Below, piece by piece: positions 7,979-17,300 of a stretch of 24,709 nucleotides of DNA. The notes below the pieces were generated by a model that was not told the origin of the DNA, made no database searches, and saw only the letters and a list, made by a program, of their open reading frames with translations. Made by a program: the position numbers and the translations under genes. Position 1 is the stretch's first letter, and each line of letters starts with the position of its first letter. Origin of the DNA: an uncultured Candidatus Sumerlaeota bacterium (lineage in GTDB: Bacteria > CAYMEV01); NCBI GenBank assembly GCA_964389675.1, contig CAYMEV010000002.1:248001-272709 (forward strand), in the 5' to 3' direction.

Positions 7979-10744
7979 ATGGACAGTCAGAAGATCAAAG
8001 AAACATTAAATCTGCCGCGGACAAAATTCCCCATGAAAGCAAATTTATCTGCAAATGAACCCAGGATTCTTGAATATTGGGAAAAAGAGGGGATTTACGA
8101 TAAGATCAGGGAGATCAAGGCAGAATCGCCGAAATTCATACTTCATGACGGCCCCCCATATGCAACTGGGCATATACATATAGGTACTGCACTTAACAAG
8201 GTATTGAAGGATTTTATCGTAAAATATAAAAATATAACAGGTTTTGATGCCCCTTATGTCCCCGGTTGGGATTGCCATGGCCTTCCGATAGAGAATAAAG
8301 TCGAGAAAACAATGAAGGAGAAAAGGGAGGTCCTGTCAAAGCTTGATATCAGAAAAAGGTGCCATGACTATGCGGTATCCTATGTGGATATAATGAGGGA
8401 GGAATTCAAAAGGCTCGGTGTGCTTGGAAGATGGGAAGACCCATATCTTACGCTTAACCCTGTATACGAATCTGTTATACTCAGGGTTCTTGCCTCAGCT
8501 GTCAGACAGGGTTATGTATACAGACAGCACAAACCGATACACTGGTGCATGAGCTGTACTACAGCTCTTGCAGAAGCAGAGCTTGAGTATTATGATGCAG
8601 AGTCAGATTCAATATATGTAAAATTCCCGTTAAGGAAAACCCGTGTAAAAAGCCCGCTGGCCGATTATCAGGGTAATAAAGACATATTTTTCGTAATATG
8701 GACGACGACTCCATGGACAATACCCGCCAATATGGCGCTCGCTGTTCATCCTGACCTGATCTATGGCCTTTATAAAGTCGGAAGCGATTATCTGATAATT
8801 GCAAAGGATATGAAGGACAGCCTTGAAGAGATTCTTCAGGCAGGCGCATTTAATCTTGTCAGGGAATTTGCAGGCAGGGAGATTGAGGGGGATATATCCT
8901 CTCACCCTCTTATGGACAGGGATTCTGCTGTTGTTCTTGCAAACTATGTTACCCTCGAACAGGGATCAGGCATTGTGCATACAGCACCAGGACACGGTCA
9001 GGAGGATTATCAGACAGGTCAGAAATACGGCATTGAAACTGTTTGCCCTGTGGATGAGAACGGGCTTTTTACATCCGAGTTCTCTCCCTGTGAGGGAATA
9101 AATGTCTTTAAGGCAAATCCGGAGATAGTAAAAATGCTCGATGCTAAGGGGATGCTTCTTAAAAGCGATAGGTTTGTACATTCATACCCGCACTGCTGGA
9201 GATGTAAAAAGCCTGTAATATTCAGGGCAACCGAACAGTGGTTTATAAATATTGATCATAATAACCTTCGCCAGAAAGCCCTTGATACAATAAGAAGTGT
9301 AGATTGGATACCCAGCTGGGGCATGAACAGGATCTATAACATGATAGAGAACAGGCCGGACTGGTGTATCTCAAGACAGAGAAACTGGGGAGTCCCTATT
9401 GTAGCCGTAAAATGCAGAGATTGCGGTGAAATATCCATAGATGCTGACCTTATAGATAAGGTTGCAGATATTGTAATGCAGACAGGGATAGGAATCTATT
9501 TTGAAAAGAATATTAAAGAGATTGTCCCGGGTATAAGATGCCCCGTATGCAAATCGGAGAATATTGTGCAGGAAGAAGATATTCTGGATGTATGGTTTGA
9601 ATCAGGGGTTTCACATAAGGCGGTACTGACCACCAACAAAGAGCTGTCATGGCCTTCAGATCTCTATCTTGAAGGCAGCGACCAGCACAGAGGCTGGTTC
9701 AATTCATCTCTTATCCTCTCGCTGATATCAGAAAAGAGCCCTCCTTACAGGCAGGTACTGACTCATGGGTTTGTAGTGGATGAACAGGGGAAAAAGATGT
9801 CCAAATCACTGGGAAATTTTATAAGTCATGAAGATATAATCAAGAAATATGGTGGCGATATACTCAGGATGTGGGTAGCTTCAGAGGATTACAGGGAGGA
9901 CATCAGGGTATCAAATAATATTATCAATAATCTCTCAGAAAGCTACAGAAAGATCAGGAATACATTCAGGTTCGCGCTCTCCAATCTGTTTGATTTTAAT
10001 CCTGATACAGACATGGTAGATATTGAGGATATGACCAGCCTGGATAAATATTATTTTCAGAGATTTCTAAGGATTGTCGCAAAGATAAAGGAAGCATATC
10101 AAAAATATAATTTCCATATTGTAATACAGAATCTTGTAAATTTTGCAAGCATTGACCTGTCATCGCAATATCATGACATAATAAAAGACAGGCTTTATGT
10201 AAGCAAGGCGGACAGCATGGAGAGAAGAAGCACGCAAAGCTGTATCTACAGAATTATAAAAGGGCTGCTTACAATATCTTCCCCTATATTGTCATTTACA
10301 TCAGAAGAAGCATGGCAGTACCTTCCAAGGTCATCAAAAGATCCTGAGAGTGTACACCTGTCCTCCATGGATGAATTTGACTTCTGCTTTGACAGGTCCG
10401 AGCTTTTTGATGAGATTATGAATATCAGGTCAGCTGTTTCAAAATCACTGGAAACACTCAGAAAGAGCAATGTTATAGGGCTTTCCCTTGATTCATCGGT
10501 TGAAATTGCGCTGCCGTCAAGGATTTACAAACAGCTTGTTCCTCTTCAGAACGATCTGAAAGAGATCTTCATGGTATCTGAGATAAAAATCAATGAATCC
10601 ACTGAGCCTGAAAAGGATACTCTGGAAGAAAGCATAACTGTTAAGGCCGGTAAGCATGAAGGGAAGAAGTGCCCCAGGTGCTGGAGGTATTTCTATGAGG
10701 ATCAGGACCTGTGCCCCAGGTGTTCACAGATAGTTGACCTTTAA
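7979..10744 (+). CDS. ileS: Isoleucine--tRNA ligase (type 1)
   Basis: LHDGPPYA, HIGT (HIGH variant), GWDCHGLP, IWTTTPWT, GSGIVHTAPGHG, DWCISRQRNWG, EGSDQHRGWF, KMSKS, C-terminal CPRC..CPRC zinc finger. Confidence 0.98.
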   Translation: MDSQKIKETLNLPRTKFPMKANLSANEPRILEYWEKEGIYDKIREIKAESPKFILHDGPPYATGHIHIGTALNKVLKDFIVKYKNITGFDAPYVPGWDCHGLPIENKVEKTMKEKREVLSKLDIRKRCHDYAVSYVDIMREEFKRLGVLGRWEDPYLTLNPVYESVILRVLASAVRQGYVYRQHKPIHWCMSCTTALAEAELEYYDAESDSIYVKFPLRKTRVKSPLADYQGNKDIFFVIWTTTPWTIPANMALAVHPDLIYGLYKVGSDYLIIAKDMKDSLEEILQAGAFNLVREFAGREIEGDISSHPLMDRDSAVVLANYVTLEQGSGIVHTAPGHGQEDYQTGQKYGIETVCPVDENGLFTSEFSPCEGINVFKANPEIVKMLDAKGMLLKSDRFVHSYPHCWRCKKPVIFRATEQWFINIDHNNLRQKALDTIRSVDWIPSWGMNRIYNMIENRPDWCISRQRNWGVPIVAVKCRDCGEISIDADLIDKVADIVMQTGIGIYFEKNIKEIVPGIRCPVCKSENIVQEEDILDVWFESGVSHKAVLTTNKELSWPSDLYLEGSDQHRGWFNSSLILSLISEKSPPYRQVLTHGFVVDEQGKKMSKSLGNFISHEDIIKKYGGDILRMWVASEDYREDIRVSNNIINNLSESYRKIRNTFRFALSNLFDFNPDTDMVDIEDMTSLDKYYFQRFLRIVAKIKEAYQKYNFHIVIQNLVNFASIDLSSQYHDIIKDRLYVSKADSMERRSTQSCIYRIIKGLLTISSPILSFTSEEAWQYLPRSSKDPESVHLSSMDEFDFCFDRSELFDEIMNIRSAVSKSLETLRKSNVIGLSLDSSVEIALPSRIYKQLVPLQNDLKEIFMVSEIKINESTEPEKDTLEESITVKAGKHEGKKCPRCWRYFYEDQDLCPRCSQIVDL

Positions 10745-10748
10745 TAAT

Positions 10749-11279
10749 ATGCATGGAAATAGAAAAAAATTAGCTGCGTTTATTCTCCTGATCGTATCAA
10801 TAGCATTGTTTGACCAGGTTTCCAAGATCTGGATCATGAGCATTCATGACAGAAGCCCGGAGGCTTTATATAGAGGCATACCTGTAATCAAGGGTTTGCT
10901 GGAAATAACCCTGACCCACAATACCGGGATAATCTTCGGTTTTCTCGGCAATGCCAATAACATGGTAATTCTTATCATAAATTCAGTTATACTGGTTTCT
11001 GTTATGTTTTTTTTATTCAGGGATATTTTAGCCCGGCCTGAACGTTTGGCCTATTTTATAGGTTTCAGCATGATTATTGGGGGAGCCCTGGGAAATATTA
11101 TTGATCGCATAGTGGTTGGCCGTGTCATAGATTTTATAAAATTATATATTACAAGGGATTTTGTCTGGCCCATATTTAATATTGCAGATTCGGCAATTAC
11201 AGTAGGGATTGTCCTTGTATTCATCGACTTAATCTTTCTTGACAGCAGCAGGAGGAAAAATGCACCCGATACTTGTTGA
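10749..11279 (+). CDS. lspA: Lipoprotein signal peptidase II
   Basis: DQVSK, NTGIIFG, GGALGNIIDR, VIDF, WPIFNIADSAI with both catalytic Asp; canonical ileS-lspA order. Start is ATG 10749 or TTG 10734. Confidence 0.95.
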   Translation: MHGNRKKLAAFILLIVSIALFDQVSKIWIMSIHDRSPEALYRGIPVIKGLLEITLTHNTGIIFGFLGNANNMVILIINSVILVSVMFFLFRDILARPERLAYFIGFSMIIGGALGNIIDRIVVGRVIDFIKLYITRDFVWPIFNIADSAITVGIVLVFIDLIFLDSSRRKNAPDTC

Positions 11280-12039
11280 TTTAGGCTTTATAAGGATTCA
11301 TACATATGGTTTCTGCATTTCACTTGGTGTAGTATTTGCAATCTATCTCGCGATCAGGCTTGGCAGAGTTTATAATGTGAGCCAGGACTTCATACTTGAT
11401 CTGTCCATTAAACTGCTCATATCTGGAATTATTGGCTCAAAAGTCCTTTATCTGCTGGTATATTTCAGAGATTACCTTGATGATCCAGTCCGGATAATAA
11501 CGGAATTCAGATCAGGATTTGTTTTTTTGGGAGGGCTTATCCTTGCTTTCTATGCAGGGTACAGGCATGTAAAAAAAAGCCGCTATGACATTAAAGTGCT
11601 TTTTGATGTGTTTGCACCTGCTATACCGCTGGCGCATGCTTTTGGAAGGCTTGGCTGTACAATGGCCGGCTGCTGTTATGGGAAGGTTGCAGAATATGAT
11701 GCATTCTATACACTGCGTTTCTGCCATCCTGAAACTGCTGCATATCCGCGATGCCGTCCGCTTATAGCAACCCAGCCGATAAGCTCCATATTTTTGTTTC
11801 TTCTTTCACTGTTTATTGTTTTTTTGTTCTATAAATGGAAAAAACGGCCACCAGGCACGCTTTTATATGTTTATGCCATGAATTATTCAGTTTTCAGGTT
11901 CACAATAGAATTTTTCCGGGGAGATTACAGGGGGGGGATACTGTTCTTTTCAACATCTCAGATATTATGCCTGATCATTTTCCCCTCAGTTCTGTACCTT
12001 CTTCTCAGATCGATAAAAAAAAAGAAACAAGATGAGTAA
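11260..12039 (+). CDS. lgt: Prolipoprotein diacylglyceryl transferase
   Basis: MHPIL...IHTYG, GRLGCTMAGCCYG, YSVFRFTIEFFRGD, STSQ motifs. AGGAGG RBS directly before ATG 11260 favours this start over 11239. Confidence 0.92.
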   Translation: MHPILVDLGFIRIHTYGFCISLGVVFAIYLAIRLGRVYNVSQDFILDLSIKLLISGIIGSKVLYLLVYFRDYLDDPVRIITEFRSGFVFLGGLILAFYAGYRHVKKSRYDIKVLFDVFAPAIPLAHAFGRLGCTMAGCCYGKVAEYDAFYTLRFCHPETAAYPRCRPLIATQPISSIFLFLLSLFIVFLFYKWKKRPPGTLLYVYAMNYSVFRFTIEFFRGDYRGGILFFSTSQILCLIIFPSVLYLLLRSIKKKKQDE

Positions 12040-13024
12040 CCTGTCCGCCGGCGAATCAATAGCCCTGAAAAGAAGAATAGAAGAGATTGACCTTGCCGGG
12101 AAAAGGCTGGATATAGTGCTTGTTCATCTTTATCCTGTGATCTCAAGGCATTTTGCCCAGGCATTAATAAGCGAAGGTTTCGTTTATGTAAATAAAGAGA
12201 AGGCATTGCGCAAATCAACCAGGCTGAAGTATGGCGATATGATTGAGCTGCTGGAGTATAAAAAGGGATGTGAGGAACAGCCTGCCCCAAAAAAGATAAA
12301 TCTAAGGATCTTATATAATGATGATGATATATTTGCTGTGGATAAGCCTTCAGGTCTCACTGTCCACCCTGGGGGAGGCAATTATCAGGATACGCTTGTA
12401 AATGCACTGCTTTATTACAAGGAAAGGTTTAATCTCTCATTATCGGATATTCAGGGAATTGACAGGGCTGGTATTGTGCACAGGCTTGACAAGGATACCT
12501 CGGGTGTTATGATAATTGCAAAGAATAATGATTCACACAGGAAACTGCAGCATCTTTTCAGAGAACGCAAGGTAAAGAAGGAATATATTGCCTTAACATA
12601 CGGTGAGATGAAGAAGGATACCTATGATGTCGATATACCTGTAGGCAGGGATAAAAAGAACAGGCTTATATTTTCGCCGAGAAGCGAAAATCCAAAGGAA
12701 GCACTGACAAAGATAAGGGTTTTTACCCGCTTCAATGGCTACAGCCTTATAAAAGCGCACCCCCTGACAGGGCGTACACATCAGATAAGAGTCCATCTTA
12801 AGGAATTGGGGCACCCTGTGGTCGGAGATATTATTTACTCCCAGAAAAAAACAGGAAAAATCCTTAATCTTTTTGCAGGGGATAAAACAAATCCAAGATT
12901 AATGCTTCACAGTTTTAAGATTTTGTTTCCTCATCCTTATAAAAATGATATTATAATAATTAAAGCAAATGTTCCCTCTGATTTCAGGAAGTGTTTTAGG
13001 ATACTAAGAACATATAATGGTTAG
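12032..13024 (+). CDS. rluD: RluA/RluD family 23S rRNA pseudouridine synthase
   Basis: N-terminal S4-like RLDIVL...SR, VDKPSGLTVHP, GIVHRLDKDTSG (catalytic Asp), TGRTHQIRVHL...HPVVGD, RLMLHS. Confidence 0.9.
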   Translation: MSNLSAGESIALKRRIEEIDLAGKRLDIVLVHLYPVISRHFAQALISEGFVYVNKEKALRKSTRLKYGDMIELLEYKKGCEEQPAPKKINLRILYNDDDIFAVDKPSGLTVHPGGGNYQDTLVNALLYYKERFNLSLSDIQGIDRAGIVHRLDKDTSGVMIIAKNNDSHRKLQHLFRERKVKKEYIALTYGEMKKDTYDVDIPVGRDKKNRLIFSPRSENPKEALTKIRVFTRFNGYSLIKAHPLTGRTHQIRVHLKELGHPVVGDIIYSQKKTGKILNLFAGDKTNPRLMLHSFKILFPHPYKNDIIIIKANVPSDFRKCFRILRTYNG

Positions 13025-14270
13025 ATTATTAATAGTTGATGATTCAGATATTATCAGGAAACAGCTCAGGAAGTTTCTTGAAAGCAAAAGGGGATATTCT
13101 GTCGAAGAGGCCTCGGACGGGCTTGAAGCCATCCAGGTATTGAAAGCAGATCCGGACTTTGATATTATCGCCCTGGATGTTGAAATGCCCAGGCTTAATG
13201 GCCTGGAGACTCTCAGAGGCATATCTTCAATGGATATTGATGCAACTCCGGTCATGATAACATCCAGGAGTGATTTCAATACTGTCATACAGGCAATACG
13301 GCAGGGGGCATATGACTATATTACAAAACCAATTGATTTTGAGAACCTTTTGATCATTATCGACCGTACCCTTGAAAAGCGTGCGCTTGAAAAGGAAAAC
13401 AAGAGGCTGATAGATGACCTGCAGAAGATGAACAGCAACCTTGCACAGCTTGTCAGGCAGAGAACCAAGCACCTTGCTGAGGCTGAACAGAAATCCAGGA
13501 CATATGCCAATCAGCTCGAAAAGGCTTATGAAGAGCTTAAGAGCCTTGACAGGATGAAGGGTGATTTCATTTCTCTTGCCTCTCATGAATTGAGAACACC
13601 GCTGGTGCTGATTAAGGGCTACAGCGAGATATTGCTGAGAAAGAGGTATGGTGATATCCCGCATCAGGTTGAGAGTGCGCTGAAGATACAGAATGATAAT
13701 ATAGAAAAATTGAGCGAGATCATTAATGAAATACTGATGATAAATAACCTTGAAGTACTTGAGAATATATATAAGGAAGAAAACCTTGACATTAATCCGG
13801 TGCTCGTTGAAGCTTATGAATCACTCAAAGAATTTATTAACCTCCGCAACCAGGTATTCAAGTCTGATCTTTATGAAAAGCCTTTGCTGGTCAAAGGCAA
13901 TAATAAACTGCTTTTCTATGCTGTCCATAACCTGATAATAAATGCCATTAAGTTTACCCCTGATGGTGGTGTCATTACTCTTAGGTCTGCATTGAAAAAC
14001 TCTGAGAATAGGCCCATGGCAATAATTTCAGTATCTGATACAGGTATAGGAATACCGGAAGATGCTCTGGAAAAAATCTTTACACCCTTCTATGAAGTGA
14101 AAGATATCAAGTATCACAGTTCAGGCAAGTTCCAGTTTCTGTCAGGTGGGCTTGGAGTAGGGCTCAGTATCTCCAAGAGCATCATATCCCAGCACTCAGG
14201 GCAGATTGCCGTTGAAAGCTCTCTTGGAAAAGGAAGTACCTTTTATATATCCCTGCCTCTGGTTTATTAG
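13017..14270 (+). CDS. Cytoplasmic hybrid response regulator / sensor histidine kinase (REC-coiled coil-HisKA-HATPase)
   Basis: REC: IVDDS, phospho-acceptor LDVEMP, TKP. H box SHELRTP, N box NLIINAIKFT, G1 DTGIGI, F box IFTPF, G2 GLGVGL. No TM segment. Confidence 0.93.
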   Translation: MVRLLIVDDSDIIRKQLRKFLESKRGYSVEEASDGLEAIQVLKADPDFDIIALDVEMPRLNGLETLRGISSMDIDATPVMITSRSDFNTVIQAIRQGAYDYITKPIDFENLLIIIDRTLEKRALEKENKRLIDDLQKMNSNLAQLVRQRTKHLAEAEQKSRTYANQLEKAYEELKSLDRMKGDFISLASHELRTPLVLIKGYSEILLRKRYGDIPHQVESALKIQNDNIEKLSEIINEILMINNLEVLENIYKEENLDINPVLVEAYESLKEFINLRNQVFKSDLYEKPLLVKGNNKLLFYAVHNLIINAIKFTPDGGVITLRSALKNSENRPMAIISVSDTGIGIPEDALEKIFTPFYEVKDIKYHSSGKFQFLSGGLGVGLSISKSIISQHSGQIAVESSLGKGSTFYISLPLVY

Positions 14271-14309
14271 ATATAAGGGAATTAGCTGCAGGATCACGCC
14301 TTATAAATA

Positions 14310-14337
14310 TTGACATTGTTTTCTATAGAAATAGGAT
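14310..14337 (+). promoter_or_regulatory. Putative sigma70 promoter for activase-reductase/lnt pair
   Basis: TTGACA (14310-14315), 16-bp spacer, TAGGAT (14332-14337) in the 94-bp intergenic gap. Confidence 0.5.
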
Positions 14338-14364
14338 AAATTCATAAAAATTTATAAAACAGGC

Positions 14365-17300
14365 TTGCAAAAATATATGTATGCTGGAATTGATGCAGGA
14401 TCTATTTCATTTAAGATAGTGATCCTTAAAGATAATGGTGAATATCACAGGGAAACAATATTTCACCGTGGAGAGCCTGTCAGGGTGTTTAATGGTCTCC
14501 TTGAGCGGTTTAACCTGTCAGATGAATTGAACAATATGATGATAAACGGCAGATATGGAGCCCTGCTTTCCAATCTGCACAAGATTGCCCTTGTCGATCC
14601 TGTCAGGGCCCTGGTAAAAAACCACTCAGGCGGCATAAGCAGGATCATTGATATTGGAGCATCAAAGCTATGCATGATCGAGCTCAAAAAAGGAGCTTTC
14701 CAGAGGCTCAATACCAACTCATTATGTGCTTCAGGGACTGGAGCTTTTCTTGATCAGCAGATGAAAAGAATGGGCATAGGCTATAAGATGCTGAAAGACA
14801 TCAGATTTATTGAAAATCCTCCATCCATTGCTACCAGGTGTGCAGTTTTTGCCAAGAGTGATCTTATTCACAGACAGCAGCAGGGATATTCGATAGAAAT
14901 GCTGTGGAACGGATTAGTAAAGGGTATGGCAGAATCTGCATTTTCCACCCTTTTCAGGGGGAAGAGCAACTGCGGTGATGTAATGCTTATAGGGGGCCTG
15001 ACAAGGAATAAAATATTCATAAAGTACCTTGAGAGGCTTCTGCAAACGTCGAAACTTTCTGTATCTCCTGATTCATGCTATTATCAGGCAGAATCTAACC
15101 TGAAATACAGAATGCTTGACAGGGGTTTTAATAAATATGCAGATATCTATATTATTGACAAGAAAACCGAGGCACCTCTTAAAATTGAGAAAACCAGAGG
15201 GCATGATCATACCTGGGAAATCGATTGCTATGGAAATGAGGTCGATCTGTTCAGCATGAAAAAGGGGACAGATGGGGTTTATATCGGTGTGGACATTGGT
15301 TCTACAAGCACCAAGCTGGTAGCAGCGGACGCAGAAGGTACAATCCTTTTTGGATTATATACAAGAACAGGGGGAAAGCCTTTAGAAGCATTCAAGAATC
15401 TCTTAAGGGGCATAAAAAGGCTGGATGATGAATATTCCCTTAAGCTGAGGATATCAGGGTTTGGAACTACAGGCAGCGGAAGGAAACTTGTCGGTAAATT
15501 TGCCGGATCAGACCTTATAGTTAATGAAATAACAGCACATCTCAAGGGTGCCATCAAGGAATACCCTGATGTAAGGACCATTTTTGAAATAGGGGGCCAG
15601 GATTCAAAATATATCTCCGCTGAAGATGGGTGGATGAAAGATGCTAATATGAATTATGTCTGCGCTGCAGGTACAGGCTCTTTTATAGAGGAACAGGCCT
15701 CAAACCTTCAGATAAAACTGAATGATATAGAAAATATATGCAGTGGTGTAAGCCCGCCTGTTTCAAGCGACAGGTGCACAGTGTTCATGGAGCAGGATGC
15801 AACACAGCTTCTGATAAACGGCTTTACAAAAGGCGAGGTCATGGCTTCAATGCTGTATTCTGTATGCAAGAATTATCTAAACAGGGTTGTTCAGGCACGG
15901 CCCGTCATAGACCCGGTTCTGTTTCTGGGAGCAACTTCCAAGAATAGAATGCTGGTCAGGGCTTTTGAGAATATTCTGGGCAGAAAGGTCCATACATCAT
16001 TATACGGCCATATAACAGGGGCAATAGGAGTAACCGAAATGCTCAGGAAAAATCCGCCGTCCCGGACAAAGTTCAGGGGACTGGGGATATCCGGGGCCGA
16101 TGTCGATATTACGGAGACGAACTGCAGTCTGTGTAATAACCGGTGCAGGATTACTATTATGAATATTAATTCAACAGGGGAAAAAATAAGCTGGGGATAT
16201 ATGTGCGGTAAAGAGCCTGAAGCAAAGTCAGCAAAAAGGATCAATTCTCTCAGGTATATTGCTAAGCTTGAAGGCATTCTGTTTCCAGAATCAAAAAAAT
16301 CCAGGAACGATTACAGGTTATATTATCCAAGAGCCCTGCAGTTCTTCTCTCATTTTGCATTATGGAGGAAATTTTTCGACACCCTGGATATTGACCTGTT
16401 GCCATCAGAACCTACTGGACAAAGAGTTGCATCACTTGCAAGAGAATATTCCATATCAGACTTCTGTTATCCCCTGAAGATATCCATAGGGCATATCATA
16501 AGCCTTATCGCCGATAACAGGATGCCTGTGTTTTTGCCTTACAATATACAGGATACGCCAAACCCTGTCACAAAAAAAAGCCATTTCTGCCCGATAAGCC
16601 AGGGTTTTCCATCGATTGTCAAAAATACCCTGGATTATAACAGCATCCATGACTATCAGCTTATAAGCCCTGTTATTGATCTTGAAAGGAACAGCCAGCA
16701 TAATTCTGATAATCTTTACAGAGCGCTTCATGAGCATTTCGCAGTATCCAGAAAGGACTGCAGGAAGGCATTTGATCTGGCGCTTGAATATCATCAGTCC
16801 TTAAACAGGACAAAATTTGAAACTGCTCTTAAAATCAATAATGATATCAGGAAGAAAAACAGGGAATGTATTGCATTGCTTGGAAGGCCCTATAATATTC
16901 TCGATAAGGTTCTAAATCTGGATCTCCTGAAGAGCATAGGCCAGTCAGGTTTTGAAATAATACCGGGAGACCTTCTTCCTGTAAGGCGCTGTGACCTGAA
17001 CCCCGACCTTGGCGATATTTACTGGTCATATGGCCAGCACCTGGCTGCATGTGCGGAATTTATAAAAAAGGAACCGGGCATGTTTGCCATATACCTTACA
17101 AATTTCAGCTGCGGCCCTGACTCATTCTTATTAAGCACAATTGAGAAAATTATGGGCAGGAAGCCCTTTTTAATCCTTGAGCTGGATGAACTTGGAGGAA
17201 ATGCAGGTTATATCACGAGATTAGAAGCATTCTATGACCGGATTGAGAATTATACTAAAAACCCTGAGAAGAATAGGTCCGGAGAATCAATATGCCTGAA

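Noticed and set aside
10669-10722. 12-bp direct repeat GTGCCCCAGGTG at 10669 and 10711
   Set aside because: Explained by the two CPRC halves of the IleRS zinc finger; not an att site or CRISPR repeat.
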